The translations under genes were made by a program, and so were the position numbers. From positions 115,320,001 to 115,384,000 of the forward strand of contig OX597815.1 in the NCBI GenBank assembly GCA_951406725.2: a DNA stretch of 64,000 bases. Reading direction: 5' to 3'. The notes below the pieces were generated by a model, which made no database searches, had not been told where the DNA came from, and saw nothing but the letters and a program-made list of their open reading frames with translations. Positions 25,687 through 39,131 of this stretch are shown in pieces. Source of the DNA: Octopus vulgaris (Eukaryota). How positions within the stretch are numbered: the stretch's first letter is position 1; each line of letters opens with the position of its first letter.

Positions 25687-28600
25687 GGTTGGAAAGCGAG
25701 ATTCTTACCATACAACCATGCCTTGTATGTATGTATGAATGTATGTATGTATGTATGTATGTATGTATGTATGTATGTATGTATGTATGTATGTATGTAT
25801 GTATGTATGTATGTATGTATGTATGTATGTATGTATGTATGTATGTATAAAGCAGTTATTCATGAGAGTTTGTCAAATCAGGTAAAATACTTTATAAGCT
25901 CTCTCTGAATACATTAGGCTAACAATATTGTTTGGTTTAGTAAAGAACTCTGTATTCTATTGGCAGGGTCTGAGGTTATAGTTCATCAAGTTTCTATATT
26001 GTAAATTCGTGATTGTGCTCCAGTTATACTAGTTTTTGCATAGAGTGATATACAAAACAATGTATAAACAATGGTCATTACATAATTTTTTTAATTGCAG
26101 TAAATTTGCTGAAAATCTGTTTCTAGTAGTCATTATAGGTTCATTATTGATAGGTTTACTCAATCAGTCATGCCAAGGTATATTAGCCTTTGCCTTTCCC
26201 TTGGATAACATCAAAGGCATGGAGAGGAGAGGCTGGTATGCATGGGCAACTGCTGGTCTTCCATAAACAACCTTGTCTGGATTTGTGCCTCAGAGGGGAA
26301 CATTCTTGTTGCAATACCATATGTGTATGTATGTATGCATGTATGTATGTATGTATGTATGTATGTATGTATGTATGCATGTATGTATGTATGTATGTAT
26401 GTATGTATGTATGTATGTATGTATGTGTGTGTGTAAGTATGTATGCATGCATGTATGTATGTGTATGCATATTGGTTGACATTTAACTGCAGTGGAAGAT
26501 AACAGCCAACATTATCCACACAGTGAGAATGAGACTTAAATTGCATGGTTTGAAGGGGACTTCTTAACAATATGCATTGATATACATATAAATCATCACC
26601 ATCATCACCATCTTCATCACCATCCTCCTCCTCCATTTCCACCTACTCCTCATCATCATTTATCATCCCATCTTTCATACTGGCATAGATTGGACAGATT
26701 GACAAAATCCAACAGCTGGAGGACTGTGTCAAGCTCCAGTATCTGTCTTGGCATAGTTTCTTCAGCTGGATCCTTGCAAGACAGGGATATAGATTCCTTG
26801 ACTGAGTGGGGATGTAGCAGAGAGGGAGGGGGTGTTATGCTAGGTGTCTAGACGTGAAAGTATGATAGAGGGACAGGCACAGTTATCTTGCTATAGAATA
26901 GATACATGGATACCCCCACATTATATAAGGGTGGGTGGAAAGAAGACAATGATGGTGGTAATGAGGTGTAGGAACATACTATCAAGATACAAGAAGGTAA
27001 GTATAAGTATAAGAGAGAATATAACAAATCAGAAGGAGTGGCAGACAAATTTATGTGAATGTGAGAGGAGAGTGACAGGTGGTTAGAGATGGGTGTAGAG
27101 GTGAATATAGTGAATGAAACAAGAGTGGAGGTTTGGTCAACAGTAAGTATCAGTAAGTGGAGGGCTAGGGTGAAGGAACAGGAATGGCTCAGGAAGAAGG
27201 AAGTGATAAGTGACAGTACAGGAAAGGAGCTAAGTAGTAATATAATAATCCTATAGGTGTGCATCTGTGACCACAAGAACAAACTCTGTTTTTATTCCAA
27301 TATGAGACATAACTCAGAGCTACTACATGTAACTGTAATATGATCAACACCCCAATTATAATATCCATATATTGATCTAACTGCTGAGATGTAGATTAAA
27401 GAAGTATTGGTTGAGATACTAACCTGAAAATGGATTAAAGTGTTTAACACATTCACTGCCATATTTCTTTCGTAATCACGGTTTTGTTCCAATTAATTTT
27501 GAAATAAATGAAGAATTTAGTAGATTAACTTCATCATTATTAAGCTGGTATTTGGTACATAAATGAAGATGAAATTTTGGTTGACTGTTTTAATTTAGAT
27601 TGCTTTAAAACAAGAAGCTTGTGTCGTAGGACCAGAGGCGGTCTGGGGTAGCTTTGTATGAAAAGAGTTAAGCCAGATCTGATATCATGCCTGCTTTATG
27701 AAAGAACAGGGACAAAATTTTTTTTTGGTTGATAACACACTATTACTGCAAAGAAATATTGACAGAAAGTGCAATATGGTCTCTTTGTAAGAAAGGAAAG
27801 AGAGAAAATACTAAATTACAGACCTAACTCTCTGAATTATCAGGAAAAAGAAAAAAGAGAGTAACAATTGTGTTCTAAAGAAAAAAATTGCTTGTTTAAT
27901 TGGAATGGTTTCCATCCAGGTATACACTGTCTCACACAGCTGTTACAAAATTGAAAATTGAAACAGCTGTTATGGAATACTTGACCTTTGCAAAAGATTT
28001 CAACAAAGTAGGTCGTTTCGCAGACTGTATGTTGTTAACAGGTGCGTGTGTGACAATATGCATGTGTCTTTCCACCCCCTACCCCATACACACATATGCA
28101 TGCACACACATCAATATCAATGTAATTGATGTTTGCACCTTCCCTCTGTAGAGTGGCAACATCTATGTATATGTGTACCAAATGGAGGAGCAAATAAAAT
28201 TTTTTTAAATAAAATGATTACTGTTATTATAAGTGTTTGAGTATTAAGCTTTAAACAAATTTAATAAAGAATAAAATCAGACAATCAGAATATTTAACAA
28301 CAAAAGATGTTATAATGATCAATAAATTCAAGCATCAAAAGAGCATTTATAAAATGTGGAATTTCCATGAATTCTCCTAGTCATATATTGTTGTTATTTA
28401 ACCTGACTGAGTTGAGTTATAATCAAAGGCTGAAACCAACTCATCATTTTCATAGGCAAAATGAATTCAAGATCATAGTGGATTGCAGGTCCTTTGAGTG
28501 TAAAATCAAGATTGAATTAGCTGTTATTTCTAAAACTAACTAGAGGTTACTTTCTTAGCTTAATCATCAGATATATTTGTTGGTGGGTGCATTTCCATAA

Positions 28601-28904
28601 GTACCATGTACATTGGTTGATGGCATGTAATGCTGTTGCTCAGGTAAGAAATTTTATTAGAACTGCTCATGAATAATTAAACACATCAGGGAGCTAATGT
28701 CACATTAGAGTTGCAAGTGTATGGAGTAGTCACTCTGTCTTTACTATTTGTAGTGGCCTTGTGCCTTGGTGTGAATAAGTCTGAGCCTGTTCCAATTGAA
28801 CCTATGTCCATTGACACACAATTCTCAGCATAAATTTGTAATATTTCTTTTTATTGTACTACTGCTGCAATTTGACCTACATTTGCATATGTTGTCATCA
28901 TTAT

Positions 28905-29335
28905 CATCATCATCAGTTTAACGTTTGTTTTTCATGCTGGCATGGGTTGGATGGTTTGACAGGAGCTGCCCAGGTTCCATGTCTGTTGTGGCATGGTTTC
29001 TATGGCTGCATGCCCTTCCTAACATCAATCCTTTTACAGAGTGTACTGGGTTCTTTTACACAGCACCAGCACAACTACTTTTCCGTGAAACCAGTAAGGG
29101 TGCTTTTTACATGGCATCAGCACTCATGAGCCTGCAAGATTAGGAATTCTCAGCTGGAGAGTGATGCAGGGGACATGCCGGTATGCAAGGACAACCATGC
29201 TTTTACTTTGCTTGATGTATCTTCTCATGTCTTGGTCCCCTGTCATCCCCTCTGTGAAACCCAACGTCTGAGGATCCTTTCTCACCACTTCATCTCATGT
29301 CTTCCTGAGTCTACCCCTTCTACTTGTTCCCTCCA
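28905..29335 (-). mobile_element. RTE 3' fragment
   Basis: (CAT)n tail and GRLRKT*DEVVRKD-like ORF end on the minus strand. Confidence 0.7.
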
Positions 29336-29984
29336 CAGACATGCTGTGGATAAATACTACAAAAGTTCTTCCAGCTATTTGTTTTCACCTTTTCCTTTCC
29401 TTTTCCTTCATTCCTTCTTCACCTTCTTCTTCTTTTTTCTTCTTCTTCTTCTTCTTCTTCTTCTTCTTCTTCTTCTTTCTTTTATATTGCTTTCTCATCC
29501 CCTTATCATGATTTTAACTACTTTGGTAGAGTTTATTTATATCTTCATCTTTATTTACTTCTCGTTTCAGCTCAAATTAAGCATAAAATAAAAAAAAAAA
29601 AAACGTCTTGCAGATGCACAATGTAAGAACACAGGTCTGAAGCACAAGTCTTTGATGCAGATCTGAAAAAGTGCCACTCTAATGTTTAAAAGCACATATA
29701 TTATGTAAATTATCACCTTAAACTTTTGTGTGAACTGGTGTTTAAAGCAGAGTTGGTGCAGAAACAACTGTAACTAATCCTTAAAGATGTGTTAAAAGGT
29801 CTCTTTGTTGTCACACTTGGACTATATATATATATACTAGCTGTACAGCCCGGCATTGCTCAGGATTAAGTTAGGATTATTAAGTGATCAAGCACTTTAT
29901 TTCAAACCAAAATAAGTGAAACCGACATCAAATTTGAGCAAAATCCATTGAAATTGGTAAATGTTTGACTGAAAATGGGTTGCA

Positions 29985-30028
29985 TATATGTATATATGTA
30001 TACATGCATGCATACATACATACATACA

Positions 30029-30059
<31 letters not shown>

Positions 30060-30196
30060 GTATACATACATATGTATGTATACATACATATGTATGTATA
30101 CATACATACATATGTATGTATACATACATACATACATACATACATACATACATGCATGCATGCATGCATGCATACATACATACATACATACATACA

Positions 30197-30227
<31 letters not shown>

Positions 30228-30294
30228 GTATACATACATGCATGCATACATACATGCATGCATACATACATACATACATACATACATACATACA

Positions 30295-30325
<31 letters not shown>

Positions 30326-30715
30326 GTATACATACATGCATGCATACATACATGCATGCATACATACATACATACATACATACATACATACATACATACA
30401 TACATAATTGGAGCACTAGGTTTTATTAGAAAATGCTTAAAGAAGAGTTTGAATAAACTGGGATTTTCAGAAAGAGAAATCAACAGGCTAATTCGTACAT
30501 TATAAGTCAAATCTGTGAGTGGAACAGTAAAAATATGCAAGACTTTTCTCAAGTTCCAAATGTGAATTTTTCTGTTAACTACATCCCAAAGATGGAGTCT
30601 TTTATCTCTGTTAGGAACCAGCTCCCACCTCAGTGGAAGATTTATGACAATTAAAAAATTATAAGAGACATACATACATACATACATACATACATACATA
30701 CATACATACATACAT
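29985..30715. repeat. Long (CATA)n/(CATG)n array with higher-order structure, interrupted by a Dong 3' end
   Basis: Directly visible. All overlapping ORFs here are repeat translations. Confidence 0.95.
30407..30668 (+). mobile_element. R4/Dong 3'-end fragment, same family as 2970-4611
   Basis: IGALGFIRKCLKKSLNKLGFSEREINRLI..SVSGTVKICKTFLKFQM*. Its 3' UTR matches 2975-3090. (CATA)n lies on both sides. Confidence 0.9.
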
Positions 30716-31030
30716 GTAGCTTAGTGGTTAGGGCATTCGGCTCATGATCGTAAGGTTGTGAGTTCGATTCCCGGCGACGCGTTGTGTCCTTGAGCAAGAC
30801 ACTTTATTTCACGTTGCTCCAGTCCACTCAGCTGGCAAAAATGAGTTGTACTTGTATTTCAAAGGGTCAGCCTTGTCACTCTCTGTGTCACGCTGATTAT
30901 CCCCGAGAACTACGTTAAGGGTACACGTGTCTGTGGAATGCTCAGCCATTTGCACGTTAATTTCACGAGCAAGCTGTTCCGTTGATCGTATCAGCTGGGA
31001 CCCTCGTCGTCGTAACCGGCGGAGTCTTTT
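30715..31030 (+). mobile_element. tRNA-derived SINE family C
   Basis: GTAGCTTAGTGGTTAGGGCATTCGGCTCATGATCGTAAGGTTGTGAGTTCGATTCCC head. Another copy at about 51660-51975; a variant at 54925-55165(-). Confidence 0.85.
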
Positions 31031-31819
31031 TTTTTACATACATACATACATACATATATATGCATGTAGTCATTTGTATACACTCTCACACATGTTCATA
31101 TATTTATAAGTGTACATTTTCATGGGAAGAATGATATAAAACATAATCAAAAAGAAACATTCCTATCCATTCAAAAAAAGTAATACAGGATGAAAATATT
31201 CAGTGTTGCTTTCAATACTCAGGTGAGGAAGGGGTAAAAAAGAATTGTTAGCCATTCAACAGTAACTCATAATGTATAAAATCAAACATAACTAAGAAAG
31301 TTTGTTCAACATGTCCATATATACACATATGCACTCTCCTATATATATATATATATATGTATCATACCAACGTAGAAGACAAACATTAAATAATGATAAT
31401 GATAATGACATACATACATACATACATACAAACATACATACATACATACATACAGACAGACAGACAGACAGACAGATATACAGTGGGGTGCAAAAGTAAG
31501 TATACACTAAGTATCACATGTCATAATACTTAATTCATTAAAATTATTATCGCATTAAATCAGTTAGCCTCATTTTAGATATATTTTCAGTGTTGTTAAT
31601 CATAATGATACATCTATCATAACTATAATAATACTTTTATTGCAGCTTTTAATTTTTCTGATAAAAATAAATGAGTATTGTACATGTTTTCTTTTATAAC
31701 TGTATACCTATGTATGTATGTATGTATGTATGTATACCTATGTATGTATGTATGTATGTATGTATGTATGTATGTATGTATGTATGCATATGTGTGTTTG
31801 TGTGTGTGTATGTATGTAT

Positions 31820-33705
31820 GAAGGAGTCACACCCAATGACTGGTGTAGCAGCACCATTGTCAACTGCTACAAAAGTAAAGGTGGCACATTAGATACGAAT
31901 AATTACAGAGGTATCAAATTGTTGGATCAGGTGATGAAAGTTAGCCCAACTAATTAGGGAGAGAGTTAGTTTAGACGAGATGCAGTTTGGGTTTGTGCCA
32001 GAGAGAAGCACCACTGATGCCATATTCCTGGTAAGACAGCTGCAGGAGAAATACTAAGTCAAAGATAAACCTCTGGACTTGGCTTTCATTGACATAGAGA
32101 AAGCTTTTGACAAGGTCCCCTGATCTCTTATCTGGTGGACGATGTGGAAACTAGGGATAGATGAGTGGCTAGTGAGAACTTACAAGCCATGTGCAGGGAT
32201 GCTGTCAGTAAAGAGAGGGTTGGCAATAAGTATAGTGAAGAATTCTGGGTAGGGGTAGGGGTCCACAGCCCCCTCTGATTCATCATAGTCCTCCAGGCAA
32301 TAACAGAGGAATTCAAGATATGATGCCCCTGGGAGCTCCTCTATGCTGATGACCTTCCTCTAATAGCTGTCACTATCAGAATTAGAGGAGAAGTTTCAGG
32401 TGTGGAAGCAAGGTCTAGAATCGAAGGGCCTTAGAGACAATCTAGTAGAAAACCAGTCTCAGTAAGTAGGATGGCAGACAAATCACAAATCTCTTCAGGC
32501 AGATGGCTCTGCTCAATCTGTGGAAAAAGCATAGGTAGAAACTCCATAAGATGTCCTTGGTGTAAGCTATGGACACAGAAGAGGTGCAGCAATATCAAAG
32601 GAAGGCTAACTGGGAAGATAGTTTTTATGTGTGGCAGATGCACAGGGACAATAAACACTGAAAATGTGCAGACAATATCTTCTATCACATACCAGGGGGA
32701 AAAACTAGAAGTAGTTGATAGTTTCCATTACCTAGGTGACCAAGTCAGTTGTCAGGTCGGATGCTCTGAGAGTGTACATGATAGAATAAGAATAGCCTGG
32801 GCAAAGTTCAGCGAGCTCCTACATCTGCTGGTATCAAAGGGCCTCTCACTCAGAGTGAAAGTTAGACTGTATGATGCATGTGTGTGAACAGCCATGCTAC
32901 ATGACAGTGAAACATGCACTGTGACTGCTGAGGACATGCAGAAGCTTGCAAGAAATGAAGCTAGTATGATCTGCCGGATGTGTAATGTCAGTGTGCATAC
33001 ACAACAGAGTGTAAGCACCCTGAGAGAAAGGTTAGACATAAGAAGCATCAGATGTGGTGTGCAAACAGATGACTGCGCTGGTATGGTCATGTGTTGCGTA
33101 TGGATGAGGACAGCTGTGTAAAAAAGTGTCACATCCTAGCAGTAGAATGAACCTGTGGAAGAGGTAGACCCAGGAAGACCTGGGATGAGGTGGTGAAGCA
33201 TGACCATCGAACATCTGGCCTCACGGAAGTGAAGACAAGTGACTGAGACCTTTGGAGATATGCTGTACTTGAGAAGACCTGGCAAGCTAAGTGAGACCGT
33301 AACCGTGGCCTATGCTAGTGCAGCATAACCAGCTGATTTAAGAGTCCCTTCAATAATTGAGCAATAAACTGTACTTGAGAAGTTTATTGTTGAGTTAAGT
33401 GAAATAACTATCATGGCCAATGCCAGTACTGCCTGACTGGCTCACGTGCCAGCAGCATGCAAAAAGCACCATTCTAGTGTGGTTCATGCCAGTACTGCCT
33501 GACAAGCCTTCATGCCGGTGGCATGTAAAAAGCACCTACTACACTCTCGGAGTGGTTGGTGCTAGGAAGGGCATCCAGCTGTAGAAACCTTGCCAGATCA
33601 AACTGGAGCCTGGTACAGCCTTCTGGCTTGCCAGTCCTCAGTCAAACTATCAAACACATGCAAGCATGGAAAGCAGACGTTAAACAACGATGATGATGAT
33701 AATGA
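31820..33705 (+). mobile_element. RTE-clade LINE, 5'-truncated and decayed, with an internal Cys-rich PHD-like finger
   Basis: NNYRGIKLL, MQFGFVPERSTTDAIF, LAFIDIEKAFDKVP, WELLYADDL, CSIC..CPWC..C..CGRC, FHYLGD, GRGRPRKTW; ends in a (GAT)n tail. Confidence 0.92.
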
Positions 33706-33707
33706 TA

Positions 33708-33757
<50 letters not shown>

Positions 33758-35419
33758 CATATATACATACACACACACATGTACACACGTGTGTATGTAT
33801 GCATGTATTCCTTGACAAACCGGTTTGTATTTGGTGAATGGAGTGGTTTATTAACAAATTGTAAACACACTGCTTCTGAATGTAAAGGAAATATTTTATT
33901 TTGCTAAGGTATATATAGCAAATATTGTAAATGGATTATGACTGTTGCTTGCTGCAATAATCATAATGTGAAGATATGTATCATAGTTATTTACATGCTC
34001 GCATTTTTATGCTGTCATGGGATAGACAAGATTTCTAGTAGGGAGTGTTTTAAAGGGAGATGCTGTCCTTGATGGCAAGGATTTTAGTCAGTGCTTATGG
34101 GACTCAGAAATATGGATTATCTGTTCTGAAAACTAAGGTACACAAAGTAATTATACACATATGCACACACACTCTGACACACACATACACACATATGCAT
34201 ATATGTAGCTGTATATGTACATATACATGTAAGCATGTTTGTGTATATATATATATACTCTTTTACTTGTTTCAGTCATGTGACTGAGGCCTTTGGTCGA
34301 GCAAATTGACCCCAAGACTTATTCTTTGTAAGCCTAGTACTTATTCTATTGGTCTCTTTTGCCGAACCGCTAAGTTACGAGGACCTAAACACACCAGCAC
34401 CGGTTGTCAAGCGATGTTGGGGGGACAAACACAGACACACAAACATATACACACGCATACATATATACATATATATGATGGGCTTCTTTCAGCTTCATTT
34501 TACGAAATCCACTCACAAGGCTTTGGTCAGCCCGAGGCTATAGTAGAAGACACTTGCCCAAGGTGCCACGCAATGGGACTGAACCCAGAACCATGTGGTT
34601 CATAAGCAAGCTACTTACCACACAACCACCCTTACGCCTATATATATATATATATATATGTATAGACTCGCACACACACAAGGGTATTTACCCAATTTTC
34701 TAGGCTGTTTTCACAGCTATCCCATGTTCAAAATTTACTTTATGTAAAGTATAGAAGCCATCTTATCATGGCTAACCACATTGGGGAGGGGATGTTACTG
34801 TAGCTTTATAGCCCCAAGAGATCTTCGTCTCTAGCTGGCTCTAAACACAATATCTGTGTCTTTGGAGTATTTGCAAAAGGAGGCCATCATTTCCTCGCAA
34901 GCCTGAGTGATACGCTCGAACTAGTTTCGGGATGGTTGTCCCTCATTAACTTTATTTTCTGTAAAATGCCAGCCCAATCAATGCATCTAATTTTGTTTAT
35001 AAAAATGTGTGTATGTGAGTGGAGAGTAATAATACACTGCAATTGGTTCAGAAGGCATGCAGTACTAGAATCTCAGTGTCACCAAGTGTCATGGTACACA
35101 AATTATTTTTAGTTCTATAGTCCATTGTGTATGGTAGTTAGCTTTGTCTGTGAGTGACTACTAGAGAGAGAAAGGGTAGCAGAGTCTGGGAAAGTAGAGA
35201 GGGTAAAAGCTGTGTAGTACCTCACATAAAAGTGCCTCTCCATTGGTGCCAGAAGAAAGAAGAAGGAAGAAAGAGGGATGCTCTCGGACCAATGACCAAG
35301 GACCAAAGAGTGTGTGTGTATACATATACACACATTCATATATACATACTTGTATGTATGTGGAACATTTTTGAAAAAAAATTAATTGTCTTGCTTCTTA
35401 CAATTAGTCCTACCTAATA

Positions 35420-36360
35420 TGATAGTGCTGGACTCAGAAATACCCTCAGAAATGTTCTATCGTGTCAAGTTTTTGTTAAACAGAAATTAATTTTTTCCAA
35501 AAAATTTCCATTTTGCCATGAAATGCAATACTGAAATAAGAAACTAATACAAACCGAACTGTACTTTTTATTGATTAACAAAGATATTACACAAAATATT
35601 TAAACACACCTCTTAAGATAATTTTTTTTTGTCACACTGGAGTTTCAGCTACTCAAGTAGTGAACTTTCTCTTTGCTGCTTTGCATAACTAACTTACATC
35701 ATGAAAGTCTCTTTGCAGAGACCAACAGTAATCAGCCATCATGTTTGTGTTCTACCTGTCTTGATACCTAATCTCCATGGTCATAATGTCTTGGTAGAAT
35801 CTTTCTCCTTGCACATCATTTATTGCATTATGATTTTCAGGAAAGTAGTCGAGATGACTGTGCAGAAAAGGCACTTTTAAATTCTTCATAATTTGATGAC
35901 TTCCTGTTCCTCAGGAAACCAGACAAAACTGTAACAAAAGTATTTCATGCTTCTTTTCTAATGCCAGACATGGTCTCCAAAAACTGCCTGACCTGCAATA
36001 ACCACCTAATCTGTGACCCATCAAACACACCAACCTTAATTTTCTCAAAAGACAAAGCTGCAAAAATTTCTATTTAAGTATTTAAAACAGTCACTGTCTC
36101 AGTGTTTCAACACATGTTTTACACACCATATGGGATGCCCAATGTTTTTCTTGATCACCTAATTTCATGCCAAAGAAAGTAAAGTAAGCTTTCTTCACAA
36201 AATCTGTGATTTTGTTTCGCTGCCTTGGTAAAGTGTAACATCAACAATATAGCAGAAAACATCAAGGCATTTTCTTCTTTCACAACTGTCCATATTTCTG
36301 AAATTCAAAACATATATTCAAACCAGTTGTGACCTAGGATAAGCATTTTCAGAATTGTCA
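35420..36360 (-). mobile_element. Internally deleted DNA transposon, probably Chapaev3-like (CMC)
   Basis: N-terminal VFCYI..YTLPRQRNKITDFVKKAYF..GMKLGDQEKHWASHMVC; EKIKVGVFDGSQI; C-terminal FLHSHLDYFPEN..QGERFYQDI..RYQ..MMADYCWSL. Superfamily assignment is from memory. Confidence 0.75.
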
Positions 36361-37524
36361 ACAGTTATACAGTAAGCAAATGCATTTTTGTTACCACGAA
36401 GGTCTTTCTACAGTTTTTTTTACCTTACTTGACAAAAAGTGACTTTAATAAAGGACATCATAATTAAAACATTAAGGGTGCATTCAAAATACCAGTTTTC
36501 ATAAGAAATAGTTAAAGGCTTTTGATCAAGAACATAACACACCTCGATCTTGCAGTTGTGAATGCAACAACCTAACTTCTGGGTCATATGCCTTCATATT
36601 AATGGAATAGAACTCCTGATATTGTCCCATTTATTAATTATATAATTGGTTTCCATAGTTAATTACAAAATTAGTTTTCAACTGTCAAGATACATATAAA
36701 TATTCTATTTTTCTAGGTGCTGGTGCCACATAAAAAGCACTGGTGCTGGGGTCACATAAAAAACAATGGTGCTGGTGCCCCATAAAGAGTAGAGGTGATG
36801 GTGCCACATAAAAAGCCCCCAATACACTCGGTAAAGCAGTTGGTATCAAGAAGGGCATCCAGCTGTAGAAACTGTGCCATGCTCCTGACCTCACCAGCTC
36901 CTGTCAAGCCATCCAACCTATGCCAGCATGGGAAACAGGCATTAAACGATGATGATGATAATGATGATAATGATGATAATGATCTATGTGAATGTGTTTG
37001 TGTTGTGTGTGTGTGTTGGGTATAGTTAAATGCATTAATGGCTATGTATATGGGTGCATGTATATGTTTATATATATGTGTATGTGTGAGCATATACATT
37101 TATATTATATAACATATACAGGAAATAGATATATTTGTGTATGAATATATGTGTGTGTGTGTGTGTGTGTATCTGGGAGTAGGAGGTGGCTATGCCAACT
37201 TATTTGTTTTGATGAAATGTAAAGGTCAATATAAATGTCAGATTGTGTTTGTTTTGTTTTGTTCTATTCTGATCACATGTATACTTTATGTTTTTATTTA
37301 ACTATGTTTTATTATTGGTGTATTACATTTCATTTGATTTGATTTTATTGATTCCTTATTTTTTTATCCTTGTATACTTTATTTTATTGGTTATATGAGA
37401 AGGATTCTTTCATTATAACTTGATTCCTTACAGAGACGGAGACGGATTGTATGCTACATTAACCAAAATGTATTGTTACAGAAATAAGCAAAACAGCAAG
37501 TAAAAAATGAGAAACATTTTGAAA

Positions 37525-37631
37525 AATCACCTGAAGAGACACATCTGCACCTATGATGCATACCAGTTGTTTACACAGCATCTCACCTGTAAGGTACCAG
37601 CATATGATGGGCTGAAATGGTTGTAGTGATT
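37525..37631 (+). ncRNA. Degenerate type I hammerhead ribozyme in a Penelope-like remnant
   Basis: AATCAC-CTGAAGA-G...GAAA-TGGTTG-TA-GTGATT. Stem I AATCAC/GTGATT is complementary, the core motifs are in order, and AATAAA follows. Confidence 0.55.
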
Positions 37632-39070
37632 ATGAATAAAGATTTTCATGAATTCCATTTTCTATCTCTCACAGTTTTTATATAAACACTGTGGACACAA
37701 AAAATTTCCTTAAGTAAATCTAGTAGCAAATACTTCCATACTGTTGTTGACATCAGGTAACTGAATACTGTGAATGGGCTTTAAAGAGTATATTACAAGG
37801 CATATACCTGAATATAAATTACATATATATATGTGTGTGTGTGTGTGTGCAGGCATGACTGTGTGGTAAGAAGCCTGCTTCCCAACCACATGGTTCTGGG
37901 TTCAATCCCACTGTGTGACATCTTGGGAAAGTGTCTTCTACTAAACCTTTGGGCCAACCAAAACCTTGTGAGTGGATTTGGTAGATAGAAAGGAACCTGT
38001 TGCATATGTGTGTGTGTGTGTGTGTGTGTGCATGTGCATGCATGTCTGTGTGTCCTCTCTTATCATCACTTGACAACTGGTGTTGGTGTGTTTACATCCC
38101 TGTAACTTAATAGTTCAGCAATGAAACTGATACAATAAGTACTAGGCTTAAAAATAAGTCATGGGGTCAAATCGTTTGACAAAACCACTTTAAGGTGGTT
38201 AAATACTATATATTCTCGGTGCTGGTGCCACATAAAAAGCACTGGTGCTAGTGTCATGTAAAAACAACGGTGCTGATGGCCCATAAAGAGTAGAGGTGAT
38301 GGTGTCACATAAAAAGCTCCCAATACACTCTGTAAAGTGGTTAGCATCAAGAAGGGCATCCAGCTGGAGAAACTGTGCCAAGATAGACAATGTTGATCTG
38401 TCTTTACATTCTGAGTTCAAATTCTGCTGAGGTCAACTTTGCCTTTCATCCTTTCGGGGTTGATGAAATAAGTACCAATTACGCACTGGGGTCAATGTAA
38501 TTGACTTATCCTCTCCTCCAAATTTCAGGCCTTGTGCCTATAGAAGAAAGGATTATATATATATTAGTTAAATATATATATAGAGCTATCTATAAGTTTT
38601 TTTTGTCTTTTGTTGTTTTTTTTTTTTTGTCCTAGGCATGCATCTGGTAGTGGGGCCCTGGTGTGGAGGTTCCAAGGTTCTGAGGTTCTGAGGAGCATGG
38701 AACACCCTCTTAGCCACTATCATTCCTAAGCCTGCTCTGATCTAGAGTAGTAGCATCTGTCAGGGTCCTAGCTATGGGTTATTTAGTCTGTCACAGAATC
38801 ACCTTTGGAAGAAGAACATCCAATTGGACAGAGGGAGTTGAAGTTTTTCAGTTCTTTAACTGTTCAAGTAAGAGAAGGTAACTCCATGAAAATTTTGCAT
38901 CTTGCTGTCATAAGATTGCAGGACTCAAAGCAGATGTGTACAGTTATATTTAACCAATGTCTAGCATCTTACGTAATTCCATGGATGTCAAGAACCTACT
39001 GACTTCTCTTTACTTTATTGTGTATCAATGAATGGAGAGGAAATAAGTGTATTTTGGGCTAGGCACTTAC

Positions 39071-39131
39071 TTCTGGAATAGCACAAGCACAGCAGAGGTG
39101 GCTAAGTTAACTGTATCTGCAATATCATTCA
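39071..39131 (-). other. Candidate internal exon of an unidentified minus-strand gene
   Basis: Pyrimidine-rich acceptor TTTTTTGTTGATAG (alternative TTGCAG 15 nt later) and donor GTAAGT. The open frame NDIADTVNLATSAVLVLFQ is phase-compatible with 45417-45489. No homology recognised. Confidence 0.22.

Noticed and set aside
27280-27425. Minus-strand hydrophobic frame LDQYMDIIIGVLIILQLHVVALSY as an exon
   Set aside because: There is an in-frame TAA after the best acceptor, the donor is weak, and I recognise no homology.
29897-30711. Long ORFs rich in YVCM/HTYI/IY (also near 4560, 26190, 48800)
   Set aside because: They are translations of stop-free microsatellites.
30715-30780. tRNA gene
   Set aside because: The tRNA-like head continues into a repeated SINE body and has no proper acceptor stem.
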